This document shows positions 12,111-24,249 of a DNA stretch of 51,566 nucleotides, piece after piece; within the stretch, counting starts at the first letter, position 1; every line of letters starts with the position of its first letter. A program made the position numbers and the translations under genes. Under the pieces are notes generated by a model. It ran no database searches and was not told the origin of the DNA. It saw only the letters and a program-made list of their open reading frames with translations. Origin of the DNA: Botryllus schlosseri (Eukaryota); NCBI GenBank assembly GCA_051294905.1, contig CM119371.1:41790001-41841566 (forward strand), written 5' to 3'.

Positions 12111-12700
12111 GTGTTTTCTAGACGTTCGGCAACTAGTATTTTTTCAAAATCCCAATCGTACAGCCAAGTGTTGACAAGCAGTTCTTCAATTGGCCAGCAT
12201 TTGATCGACAACGCGTCCTGCGCCTTGAACTATTCAGACGACATGTTTTCAGTTTTATCCAAGGGTAGATCAATGTTTCATTTAACTGCTTTGGAATCCA
12301 CTTTCATCAAACTAAACAACCCGGTCCTTTGTCGCCAGAAAGAATTTTTGTATAATCTTAAAATTTCACACTAGTTGTCGTTGCTTAGCTGTTCGTCCGT
12401 GTTTTTGTTCAATTTTTTCCTCTGTGTTGCTGCATTGTCTCATTGTATTTGTATTTTATACCTCACGCGCTCTACTTTTCAAGTTGCTTGTTGCTATATA
12501 CGCTGCATTGTTGCTATGGCTGAATTTCCATTCATGTTATTTATAAATTTGCATTATTGCGTCACGATTCGCCATTTGGTTTTGAATCCATCTCTGTTCT
12601 GTATCCTTTATCGTGCCGGTTGCTCTTGATAAGAGGCACGCGAAAAGTTCTTCGAGTCAATAAATATGAATATACTGTTAAAAGCAGTATTTTTTCCGTG
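12111..12700 (+). mobile_element. Penelope-like retroelement 3' remnant (GIY-YIG endonuclease C-terminus 12111-12374 plus 3' UTR)
   Basis: SSIGQHLIDNASCALNYSDDMFSVLSKGRSMFHLTALESTFIKLNNPVLCRQK matches the SAI..HL...C......F.IL...L..LE...I....P.L.RQ pattern of PLE endonucleases. AATAAA at 12659. Confidence 0.82.
12622..12657 (+). ncRNA. Candidate minimal type-I hammerhead ribozyme (U3:A8 variant)
   Basis: gctc-TTGATAA-gaggcacgc-GAAA-agttct-TC-gagt gives stem I ctc/gag, core UUGAUAA, GAAA, a 2-3-bp stem III and a UC cleavage site, at the position expected in a PLE 3' end. Stem II is poor. Confidence 0.5.
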
Positions 12701-13609
12701 CGACTAGAATTAGAACCACTCAATTTTGGAAATCCGCAACTAGAACTACAACTATTCACTTTTCAGGATCAGCAACTTGGCTGACCTACAACAAACTAAA
12801 TGGGTAGTTTGTACAAGTCTGATTGATGGTGATATACTTTACGAATAAACTACTTTTCAAACTAAAATTAACGACCACGAAAACGATGTAAACTGTCACG
12901 CAGGTAAAACACGGGTTAATATATGAGTATGGTTACGCAATATAAACATTATCTTTTCTGCGCAATGTATTCAGGCAGACAGACAATCAATATTGCATCT
13001 ACCTTGGTCTGCCGATTTTCGTTTTTAGATGTTCATGGCGCAACACAGATCCGACTGTAATGTCGTAGCCCTTTTTCGGAACAGTCGTATGAATATTGCA
13101 ACAAGCACCTAAACAGGAAGATTGTATTGAACAATTTATAGAGTAAACCAACTAGTTCAACCTACGATATACGATGTGTATTAACTCAGTGCACAAAGCT
13201 CTCTTCCCTGTTCAGCGCTCCAATAAGAATTCGCACCAAACTTTATCAGTTGAAACTCTATAGAGCATTCTTCTCACATAGTCATTCATAGTGGACTCCC
13301 TGAGGAGATTCATGGCTAATACCTGAAAAATAATTATAAGTTGACACATTTTCATGACCGTGCCATAAAAATCAATGTGACGAGTTTTAACTGCATCAGA
13401 ATACCAAGGATATTTTTTATGAAAAGCAAGTTATGCGAAATCATTACTAGGACGAACAAGGAAACGATAAATAGCAAACGTTCGAAAGATATATTCAATT
13501 AAGCGTTTCTTTACTCCTGTTCTGTTCTTTTTATTGGATATTTGGGGCTGCAGGTTGGCAGACTGCAGTATCTGCATCAGTAACTTTTCGTTCCTCTTGA
13601 TGTCTTCTA

Positions 13610-14495
13610 TTGCGATATACATTTAGGATGGCCAATTTCATAACTCCGACATGACCAAAAATCGTGTTCAAAGCATATCTGAAGGTGCAGGGATACTTTT
13701 TCCACCCGTTTACATCTGGACAAGGGCCTATGGTTGGGTTTGGATATAGACATCGCCAGTTAACGAAAAAAGGTGTGACACGGATTAGCTGGAAATTAGT
13801 CGACTTCATTGAAATAGGCACATTCAAAGGATGGAGATATATTCTCCAAATCAGGTAGGCTACATTTCAAACTGAAATTAACGACCACGAAAACGAAATG
13901 AACTGTCAAGCAGGTAAAACACAGGTAAATATATTTCTCATCCTTTGTCGGTCCAATGTATATTTCACGAAGTCCTAACGAAGCTTGTGGCTGTGTATTC
14001 TTCAGAAAACATTTCGGTATTAAATCGTAGCATTTGCTCTTCAGCACTCTATGCTACTCTCTCAGGAAAATTACGACTAATAGGCATGTTTTTACTTTCA
14101 GTGGATACACAATCTCGTTGAGTTAATTATAAGTAGATGAAATCGGGTCATATACCGATGGGATGCTTGTGAATTATAACCCCACCCCCCACCCCACCCC
14201 GCTGATAATAATCGTGACCGATCTTCTTCGTATCAAAAGTTATCGTCTTCTCTTCATGTCATTCTCCATATTCGCTGGATACCATCTAGAAGTGTCTATA
14301 AATCGTGGTAGAACACAAGACCCATTTTACTTTTCTATGACAAGAACGGGTTTCAGGGATATTGGGAACACGCTTTTCGTTAATTGGCAACACGCCTCTC
14401 TATTTGGCAGCGCGCTACACTCTGTAATACGAATTACGGGGACTCAATGGCTAGAGGTGATGCGCGATTTAAACAAACATGAAGAAAGGTGTGAT
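13610..14495. repeat. Segment duplicated (with deletions) at ~20330-20915
   Basis: taggatggcca...cgacttcattgaaata, acgaccacgaaaacgaaatgaactg and gatattgggaacacgcttttcg...gaaaggtgtga are present in both. A third partial copy of the acgaccacgaaaacga block is at about 12850-12920. Confidence 0.92.
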
Positions 14496-14831
14496 TTCAA
14501 GTTTTTGATCGAGAGATTTTTAATAATACTTGCTGTACCCATGTATAATACGCACCCCCCCACCCATATTTTAGGGCAAAAAATCGGTAACAGTATTACT
14601 CTCGTACGATTTTCACAATAATTCAAGCAATAAATAACCCGAAATGATCGGACTGAACGAGATATTGTAGTATTGACATACTGGAAACTGAAAATAAACA
14701 CAACTTGCAGCAGTGGAAGCGATATAGAATATGGTAACATAGAGGATAACATGTCGGCTACTTTCAATTATAAAGGTAGAGATAGTAATTATTATGAGAC
14801 ACTGCTGATACTACCAAGAAACAAGTCGAAC

Positions 14832-15035
14832 TTAGGTTTCTTTATGCAGTAGATGTTGGATATTATCACCTTTGGACGGATCCCGCCAATGCAATATGAA
14901 TTGGGTTAAAGCACGTCTGTGCCTCCGCTCTTCATCAGACCTTGCCAACTCTGGCCTATATATTGTGAAGATGGAGCGTTTTTCCTTAGATTTCCGCTGC
15001 CAGTGACATCCTGGTATTGTGCAGGTGTTTGCCAT
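14832..15035 (-). pseudogene. Truncated THAP-like zinc-finger N-terminus of a DNA transposase
   Basis: MANTCTIPGC...KRSIFTI has the Mx3Cx4C start, but a stop occurs before the CxxHF motif. Confidence 0.5.
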
Positions 15036-15374
15036 ACTATGCGTTCAAGACTCAATAATTAACAAAATGTTTATTATACCAATCTGAAATTAGTCAAGTT
15101 CTCCAGGTGAAATCTAAAATAACTGAATAGTGCATCAAGTCACAAATTGAAGAGTGGTGCAAAATCTATTCAAATACTGGTATGCTTGCTTCATCACAGC
15201 ACAGTGCGCAGAAGCTTGTTGACCGACAGCTGACTACAAAGTGAAACTGATCTGGTTGTCGGCCTGGGGGGCACTCTGTTGAGTACAGGCACCTTGAAAA
15301 AATCTTCTTTTACTACTAGATTCAGATTCGACTGGGTTTAGGAAGACTTTACCTGGAAACTGAGCAGTTGACAC

Positions 15375-16268
15375 AATGACTTGGACTCGAGTCATAATAC
15401 CATGACTCGGACTCGATCCTCTATTCGCTGACTTGGACTCGGAGTCACTACCTTTGAGTCACGAGTCATTGCACATTTTGACTCGAGTCAAGTCGAGTCA
15501 ATCGATTTTCGAAGGCGACTCGAGTCAAGTCAAGTCACTCGATTTTTGGAGGTGACTCGAGTCAAGTCGACTCAAGTCAAGTCACGAGTCAAGTCACAAT
15601 TCAAGTCAAGTTGTCTTGTCGAAGTATGAGGCATGATTACGTCATTGCAAGAAGTCGCTGTATCGGTCACATATACGTAGAACTATGCTAAACTATGTAA
15701 GTAATTGCATAGCCTCGGTTTATTGTTACCAGTCAAAATAGAGAATTGAGAAACGAATTGATAAGATGCAATACATTAGGGCCTACCCATTTACAAAATG
15801 ACATGACGATACAATTCCTGCTTGCGCCAATGGTTCAGGACTATATAAACTATTCGAATTCAATTTCAATAACACAAGAGGTTTGGTTGACGTAAGAACA
15901 GAGAACAGAAAACATGAATGGACATGTTGCCATTTAATTATTTTACTCTAGTTTAAGACAACGTAAGCTGCAAGCTTCGATCACTTCGTTTGCGGTCAAT
16001 TTATTAGTGAGAGAACAATGGAGGCTCAGTAGAAAGCACGATCATTGAATGATTGGTCGCTCTCACGGGTTACATCAGCGTTTTGCGAACAATCCGAACA
16101 TGTGCAAGATACAGTGATTTCTATCGAAAATTTTGCTCCGAGTGACGAGCCAATCCACATTTCTGATGCGCCGAGTCAAGTCAAGTCATTTTAGCAAAGT
16201 GACTCGAGTCAAGTCATACGAAAAAGGTGACTCGAGTCAAGTCATGACTCGAGTCATCCCAACACTGC
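15375..16268. mobile_element. hAT-like MITE with GACTCGAGTC subterminal repeats
   Basis: Dense palindromic gactcgagtc / caagtc repeats at 15375-15610 and 16135-16260. The right end ...atcccaacactg is a CAGTGTTGGG-type terminus. The left terminus is degenerate. Confidence 0.7.
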
Positions 16269-16430
16269 ACTGGGGCACAGTTGACGTGTTTCATTACTTC
16301 TTTGAATATATACATACATCTTCGAGTACATATATGAGCAAGTGGTGTCCACTGTCCATTCTTATCACTTTACTTCGTTGAAGCACGGATATGCATCATG
16401 ACATCGTAAAACTGTCAGGTTATAATAGTG

Positions 16431-16838
16431 TAGGCTTACCATACGTCCTCTTTTAAGAGGATTTGTCCTCTTTTTTGACTTTTTTGAAAGTGTCCTCGGA
16501 GGACGCCCTTTTGTCCTCTTTTTTGAGATTTTGTCCTCTTTTTTGAAAATTGAGGTCAGATATAGAGGAAATTGCGAGTGATATGCCGCAAATTAGCGCA
16601 GAAGTGAAGCTCCGGCGGGTATTTCGGAGGAAAAGCGGTGATTTCAGCTCTGAGCGAAATGAAGACCTTTTTTTTTTTTAGTCATCCACCTGGCAATGTA
16701 GAGTAAAAAACGTTTTTAGTCAACCGACCGCAAAGTGGGAAAAATTCACCGGTTTTTGAGAATTCTACTCCGGTTTTGTATCTTGCAAATTTCTGAAAAA
16801 GTGTCCTCTTTTTGCATTTTCAAAATATGTTAAGCCTA
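16431..16838. mobile_element. hAT MITE with 8-bp TSD
   Basis: TIR taggcttaccata / tatgttaagccta. TSD taatagtg at 16423-16430 and 16839-16846. gtcctctttt subterminal repeats. Confidence 0.92.
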
Positions 16839-19350
16839 TAATAGTGCAACTATGAGACCTTCGGCGTGCCACAATGTTATGTAGTATATTTTAAAATATA
16901 CTGAAGATTGATCTGATATCAGAGCATTTCAGCGGTGTAGCCTAACCCTGATTTTGTTCAAGTCGTGATAAATATAGGCTATTGTCATTGCCAAAGTCAA
17001 ATTAAATCAGCGTTAGATTTTGCCTTTGATTATTATTGGAACATATCAATAACATCATGAATATAATAATTAATGAGCCACAGTAATAGCATTGCTTCTT
17101 AGCCTTTTTAGCGATCGTACCCCTTGTGCTTCCAGTGAGATTTCTCATAGAGCCTGTCCATTTTCAACACAATTTCTGATGGTACCTATAATAAAATCAG
17201 AAAGCCCATTCACACCAGACTATTTTCCAGTTGAATAAATTATTCCACAGCATATAGGCCTAATTCCAAAATGCATCTCACACACCCTGGTGTGGTGCTT
17301 CGTACCCCGATGGGGTCTACGGACCCGGGTTAAGAACCCTTGTAATAGAAATGTCTAATCGGCGAATAATTCATTGGTGTTACAGATGTAGAGCGCAGTG
17401 CTACCCTACTCGCCTACGATAATAACATGGACAAAGATAACAAACAACACCCAGCATGTAATCAACTATACGTCACAGGGGTCTTAGAATGCCAATGGTT
17501 GCCATACTGACCTGATTGTATAGTTATATACCCTGAGCAGCGCAAGCTACGACCTTTTGATATATTACTATTCTCCATGACAGTTTCATAGATTGTTGCG
17601 CCCGTAGGATTAACAGGTCACCATTACGATTCGCATGTCCTTGTCTGATTTTAACGTTTGATCAGACTCAACTCGAGTCATTTTTATATAATCACCCAGT
17701 CAATCCGAAACCCAGTAATTTGATGAGGAGGTCGCACCAAACCAAATCACAATTTCAAGTCACGAATCATCAACGGGTAATATTCTATCAGCATGAACTA
17801 GAAATGTGACGTAATAGCTGATCTTCTATCGCATGGTAGCTTCTAAAAGTGATGTGATGGTGAAGTGATAGTGAAGTTTGTTCAGATTCCAGTGATTTTT
17901 GTAGTAGTTTTAAATTGAACTTTAAGCTCTTATATCTAAAAAAATATATGACACTTGAATATATTGTCGAATACTGGAAATTCCAAAATGCCGTCGCGGG
18001 CCGCACAAAATGCTCTCGCGGGCCGCGTGTTTGAGACCTCTGATGTAGAGTTACAATTCGATCATCCTGCACGAGCTTGTGAAGGCTATCGGCTATGGTC
18101 AACTTCTACTTGATGAGACTGGCAAGTTTCTCCATGTCACATTGATGTGAATCAAGCAAAAAAAGGATTATTTTGAACTATTTTCTGCACAGATGAGGGA
18201 GAACCAGGAAATTATTGCAACAAATGCAACAGTAAAAAGCCAAATGCGACGATCACGGATTGGGTATAGAATTGCAAAGTTGATTTGTCCAGTATGATGA
18301 TCCAAATATTTTATCGGTGACGGCTGTGACTGGCGGACACTCTAACTATAGAGCTCAATAGAGACAATCGTCACGAGAGTGATAGCATCAAACCATTCAG
18401 ATACCCGATAAATGATCAGGCTCATCAATACCGCTGGCGTTTTCTGGGGCAGCCCTAAAAGACGGAGACAGCGGAGAACGGACCCTAAAACACGAAGACG
18501 ACGGAGAGGACCAAAAATCCTGATTCCTAAAAGACAGAGATAGCGGAGGAAGCGGAGAGCAAAGCTTTCGGTCATCGACCTTTATAGACACGCGCATACG
18601 CAACTCTAAAACGTGTAGACGGCGGAACATATAAACTTTCGAGCTAAATAACAATTAAAAGGCAACATATCAAGCTGAGATCAGAATCTATGTAAGCGAA
18701 TAGAATAACCGAAAAGTCAGCCATTCGAGTTCAAGGGATGACGAAGCAGACAGTTATAATATCCTGAAAGCGGAGTTCGGGGCGTAGCGAAATACATTTC
18801 GAAACAGCAGAGAATAACGGAGAAGTCAGCCATACGAGTTTCAGGCCAATTTGGAAGGTTAGTAATCTATAGTTTAAGTGAATATGGCTAACTACCCGTA
18901 CCCTCAACAGGGAATCCAGGCCTGGACTACCTGAAAATGTTGGCCATGGTAGAATGATATCATCTCATGCCAACTGTGTTTGTGTGAACCAGAGTGGAAT
19001 CGGTGGCAACGGCACGCGCAACGGCACGGGAGCATTTATAGCTAATCGTGGTGTGAAATGCGCTCAATGTGTGGTGCACCAATACCACTCCTTACGTAGA
19101 CAACAACGATATTCGATTCTATCTACTGAAGCAGAATGAAAATGTCGGACGTGAAGGTGTGTTCGTTATGAATGAAGACCTCCAGCTTGTAGTGTGTTTT
19201 CCCTACTCTGCGAGACGACAGCTACAGCGCTGTCAAAAGGCTATGCTGAGTGGAAATGCCGGTCCCGTTTCAAGTGATTCTTTCAAAGACTCTATTGCGT
19301 GATGCAAAAATGGAAAAATTCAGATCGCTCTCTCTTTAGTAATATTTAGC

Positions 19351-20052
19351 ATGGATAAGAACGCCATGACTAAGTTCGATCGGATCAAGCTGTATGGTGA
19401 AATCCGAAAAAGGATAACACAAAGAATACGTGGAACAGAACAATGGTTGGACGAACCAGCTCTGGACGTGGAATTGTATGCGGGCAAGATTTCCAAGCTG
19501 TTGCCGAATGAGTGGCTGTCCGGTGACGTTTTGAACGACTACTTAAAACTAATAGTCCAGCGCTCAAATGAATGTGGCAACATCAGGGTCCGCGCCATGA
19601 GCTCTTGTTTTTATGTAGTTCTGCGTACGGACGGCTACGAATCCATTAAGCGATGGACAAGTGATGTGGATAATTTTTCTAAGGACATTATCCTATTTCC
19701 AATTCATCTTGAAGTGCATTGGACCCTTGCGGTCGCGGATTTCCGCCTAAATAAAATACACTACTATGATTCGAAGTTGGAAACAAATTTCGAATGCTTA
19801 GTTACTATTAAAAAATACTTGCTCGAGGAACATCTTTCGAAAAAAAGGTCGGCATTGGATTTTTCAGAATGGGAACTGGAGTGCGTGGCATCAGTTCCAC
19901 GACAATCTAACTCCGATGATTGTGGAGTATTTGTCTGTAAATTCGCAGAATATATTTCACTTGATAAAAAATTAGACTTCACTAAAAATGATATGCCCTA
20001 CTTCAGAAGGTCAATAGCTTATGAACTAAACCATAATAAATTGCTGAGATGA
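19351..20052 (+). CDS. Intronless SENP/Ulp1-family (peptidase C48) SUMO protease, 233 aa
   Basis: WLSGDVLNDYL, Y.SIKRWT..VD.FSKDIILFPIHL, HW (H123), YYDS (D140), PRQSNSDDCGVFVCKFAEY (Q185, C191), F...DMPYFRR. Full triad and oxyanion Gln, ATG to TGA uninterrupted. Confidence 0.95.
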   Translation: MDKNAMTKFDRIKLYGEIRKRITQRIRGTEQWLDEPALDVELYAGKISKLLPNEWLSGDVLNDYLKLIVQRSNECGNIRVRAMSSCFYVVLRTDGYESIKRWTSDVDNFSKDIILFPIHLEVHWTLAVADFRLNKIHYYDSKLETNFECLVTIKKYLLEEHLSKKRSALDFSEWELECVASVPRQSNSDDCGVFVCKFAEYISLDKKLDFTKNDMPYFRRSIAYELNHNKLLR

Positions 20053-20913
20053 TTTATAATATCATTGTGATGTCAGCTACTGAAAAACGGCGCTGGAATC
20101 ATCAACCGTTACATGTGACGTATAATGCAGTTTGTTTTTGCCAGAATCAGGTTGCTCGCTGTACAGTGTAAATTGGGGTTGTTCGAAAAAACTTTTTTTC
20201 CGAATCTTTCTCCCTACTTGATTAAATCGTCAAGTTGCCTAAAAAACGATTCGCAACAAATTTAACTCAATTTCAACCAGTAGGGGCCGATTTCTTCCAA
20301 ATAGAAATATCTGCCATTATTTTAATATAACAGTATCTAGGATGGCCAAATTCATAACTTCGACATGTCCAAAAATCGTGTTCAAGGCATATCTGCAGGT
20401 GCAGGGATACTTTTTCCACCCGTTTACATCTTGACAAGGGTATATGGTAGGGTTTGGATATAGACATCGCCAGTTAACGAAAAAAGGTGTGACACGGATT
20501 AGCTGGAAATTAGTCGACTTCATTGAAATATAATTTCCAAATCAAGTAGGCTACATTTCAAACTGAAAAAAGTAACGACCACGAAAACGAAATGAACTGA
20601 CAAGCAGGTAAAACAATGGTGAATATATTTCTCAAGTAATAGTTAATATATATATTCTTTGCCAGTCCAATGTATATTTCACAAAGTCCTAAGCTTGTGG
20701 CTGTATCATTTGCTCTTCAGCACTCTATGCTACTCTGTCAGGAAAATTAGGACTAATAGGCACGGAACAGGTTTCAGAGATATTGGGAACACGCTTTTCG
20801 TTAATTGGCAACACGCCTCTCTATTGGGCAGCGCGCTACACTCTGTAATACGAGTTACGGGGCCCCAAGGGCTAGAGGTGATGCGCGATTTAAACAAACA
20901 TCAAGAAAGGTGT

Positions 20914-21243
20914 GACTCCATTGCGTGATGCAAAAATGGAAAAATTCAGATTGCCCTCTCTTTAGCAATATTTAGCATGGATAAGAACGCCATCACTAAG
21001 TTCGATCGGATCAAGATGTATGGTGAAATCCGAAAAAGGATAACACAAAGAAAACGTGGAACAGAACAATGGTTAGACGAGCCAGCTCTGGACGTGGCCG
21101 TGTATACGGGCAAGATTTCAACGCTGTTACCGAATGAGTAGCTGTCCGGTGAAGTTGTGAACGACTACTTAAAACTAATCGTCTAGCGCTCAAATGAACG
21201 TGGCAACATCAGGGTCCATGCCATGAGCTCTTATTCTTATGTG
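20914..21243 (+). pseudogene. Truncated, disrupted second copy of the SENP 5' region
   Basis: Near-identical to 19289-19618 (gact..attgcgtgatgcaaaaatgg...gccatgagctctt). Contains an indel and stop-creating changes and ends before the catalytic His. Confidence 0.93.
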
Positions 21244-21253
21244 GATCAATGAG

Positions 21254-21287
21254 CTAGCATCCCCGCCGTCGCCGTCCGTACGGCGAC
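21254..21287 (-). mobile_element. Helitron-type 3' terminus (hairpin + CTAG)
   Basis: Perfect 8-bp GC-rich stem gtcgccgt/acggcgac (21268-21287, 4-nt loop), a 10-nt spacer and CTAG at 21254-21257. Confidence 0.55.
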
Positions 21288-21399
21288 AAAAAAGCCTATT
21301 GAAAGACCCGACGAAAGAAAGCACTCACAAGGAATGGAAATAACTAAGAAAGCACTCACAAGGAATGGAAATAACTAGAAAGGGCCGTGGCTTCAAAAA

Positions 21400-22300
21400 G
21401 ATCAACACCGAAAAGAACTGTGACCATCACATCATCCAGGAAAACCAGGGCTGGCGACCATAATACATCAGCAAGAACTTTCCCCATCAATCTCTGAAAC
21501 AGAGCTGGCGAATTTGCCAAACCCATGGGAAGTACAGTAAACTGGTAATGGTTATGACCTGGAACACTGAAAGCTGTTTTGGGGCGATCCTTAGGATCTA
21601 TCGTGACTTGGAAAGAACCGCTTGCCAAGTCCAAACATGAAAACCACGAGGCGCCTCCCAACGAATCAAGAATATCTTCTACTCGAGGTAACGTGTCGCT
21701 CTTTGACCGTCACGTTATTCAGTTTTCTGTAATCCAGAACATTTCTCCACGAACTATCTTTTTTAGGAACCAGCATAATTGGTGCATTGAAAGGTGAATC
21801 AGACTCCTCTATCATGTTGTGCTCTCAGCTTTTCCACTTCTTTAATAGCCAACTTGCGTTTCTCCCAACCCATGCGCCGAGGACGTACTTTGACAGGCTG
21901 CTCTGTGGTGAGAGTGATTCTATGCTGCAAAACTTGTGTCTGTCCGAGTTTCCCATCCGGCCCAATGAAAACATCCTGGAATTTAGTCAAGAGATCCCGC
22001 ACTGCCGACTCCTGCTTCTCAGTTAGGTCCTGAACCCCATCTAACATGGAACTCAGATGACCCGGAAATTCGCCTGTTTGTGATTTCGATTCTTCACCTA
22101 AATAGGACTTCGCTTCACCCGGGGGCACCTCTTCATCTTCACTCGTCCTTATACTGACAATGCCGGAAACTTTTCCATGTACATCTTGAAAGTTTTCGGC
22201 AGGGCATATCATGCCAACAAAAGTGCCAGAGGGTATCTCAACCACACGATCTTAATCATTCACAACCAGAACTGACACAGAGCATTCTGATGCGGTAACG
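21400..22300 (-). pseudogene. Gypsy/Ty3 LTR-retrotransposon pol fragment (protease-RT linker and RT), frameshifted
   Basis: LGQTQVLQHRITLTTEQPVKVRPRRM, then FSCLDLASG..QV.I.P.DRPKTAF...YQFTVLPMGLANSPALFQRLM...VFLDDVMV. Confidence 0.93.
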
Positions 22301-23804
22301 AAGGCCGATTGTGTGATTTATAACGAATCGCAATGTATTTCCGTTTAAGACATTACCTGCTGGCTGCTGCCGCTCATGTGAGCGAGGTAACCCATTGCGC
22401 GCGGCCAATTAGCGACAAGCGCGTTGCCAATTAGCGATATTTGTCTGTGCACAATGTAACGCGACGCGATCTCCCGCTGAGATGACCGCGAAATTATGTC
22501 ATTGATTGCCATGCGCTCGGCAATCATCGCTTGGGACGCTTGCCTGATTTATCGCGTCTCCAACAAGCCCATAGTTTCACTCGCTTGAGCATTATGAACA
22601 ATGAACAATTACATCAGCAGTAGGCCCGGTGCAAAATGTACCATCGCTGCCTGCACTATTGCATCTGCAGTGGCGCACACGATATTATCGCTTGCCTACA
22701 CAATCGCAACAGGCCTGGTACGAAAGATATCATCGCTGGGTAACTATTGCATCTAGAGCCGAGCATGCGTTGGCTCTGATCTTGCGACAATGCCGTTAGG
22801 TGTTTGCAGGTTAGCGATTGTAATTAAAGAGCTGAACTGAATGTCCGTAACGTCCGTTGTTCGGCGCTGAACTTATTAGGTAGAACAGTTGGCGTTTTCG
22901 AGTCCAGATGAATAGGCTTACCAGGCACTGGTATTTCGGTTGATTTCTTGCTGCTCGAAACTATTGGATCGTCGGAATTAATCCCATTCAGAGCAGAAAC
23001 ACATGGACGATCAACACTGCCCTTGTCGTCAGAACTATAGTCTGTTCCGGTACCGTCCGTTGCATTTCTCTAATTAACGAAAGAATTCTGGTCCCCCACG
23101 CCTGCCTTTTTCGGTCGATCATCTCTTCTAAAGCAAGTAGAATTTTTTCTGAGATGCGCTCGATCTGCCCCGAAACTCTGCTTTCATTTCGTTGTTGGTC
23201 ATTCTCACTCAGAGGTATTCAATTTTCGTTCGTAGCACGTCTAGTTGATGCGACTCGATCTCTTCTTCGATCTGTTTGGCCTCGGAAATCAACGACTGAG
23301 GTGGTCCTGGGGTGCTCGCCAACGTAGAGGCCTTTGCTCAGATAGGATAGGAAGTTTATTCACTCAGTCGTATACTCAACAATCCAGCAGCGACGAGACC
23401 AAACATATGAAGAACGCCAAGCTTGAAATCACTAGAGCATCGCAAGGGCGCCAACCCAGATAGGGGGCGCACGAGGGCTGCCACAACTGCGTGTCGTTCG
23501 ATATCCTCATAATATCTGTTCATTACATCGCATTGTGTCTTATCGCATTCTATATTGTGTGTGATTTGTTCAGATGAAAAATATAACTTAACGAATAATA
23601 TTAATATTACGCATGCTCTTCCCGCAATTAAATAGACGAAGCATCTTGAACGGACCCCTAGCATGAACCTCGATCAGCTGGTAGAATGGGAGACATTCAT
23701 ACACTTGGTGGCGCCAAAACCTCGTCCTAGTGATCCATTGCTTACATTGGACACCGAAAGAAACGTCGTCTTGATTTGTTGTCTTTTGACATCCCTAGCG
23801 TAGC

Positions 23805-24100
23805 TGGTTGGAAGTCAAGTGCCCCTACACGGTAAAGGATGACCTAATAACACCTTGAAAGTATTTTCCATATTTGATGATTGCTGCAGATGGCTATTAT
23901 CTGAAGAAAAATCACAGATGGTATGCCCAAGTACAAGGCCAAATTACATGCGCTTGTATGAAACTATATGTTGTTTTATGCATACATTTCGTAATGTGCA
24001 CATGGAAAATATAGAGTTTGACCCATAATTTGTTCCTAAATTTAGGATTATGAAGTTGCAAAAGTTCTCAGATATGTATTGGCGTCCTTTCTTGGTGGTC
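23805..24100 (+). pseudogene. YqaJ/lambda-exonuclease-like gene C-terminal remnant
   Basis: Manual translation WLEVKCPY...YLKKNHRWYAQVQGQ...ENIEFD, with stops. EVKCP and YxQVQGQ are YqaJ-family motifs. Confidence 0.85.
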
Positions 24101-24249
24101 AAGAATGTGTCACCGCAAGACGAAAAACTGAAAACTGCTGAATGCAATGTAGCTTTGAATACGATTTTTTTGAGCAAAACCGTTCATGCTGTCGTGGTGA
24201 TTATTGTTATTTCCAAATCCCATGATTCTTTCTGTTGATTACGTAGTCT

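Noticed and set aside
14345..14400. GFRDIGNTLFVN as a USP Cys box (also about 20770)
   Set aside because: Catalytic Cys is absent in both copies and no other USP boxes follow; likely chance.
23445..23455. TGGCGCCC primer-binding site for the Gypsy fragment
   Set aside because: Only an 8-9-bp match with no adjacent LTR end; a similar ggcgccaa occurs in the neighbouring ISL2EU TIR.
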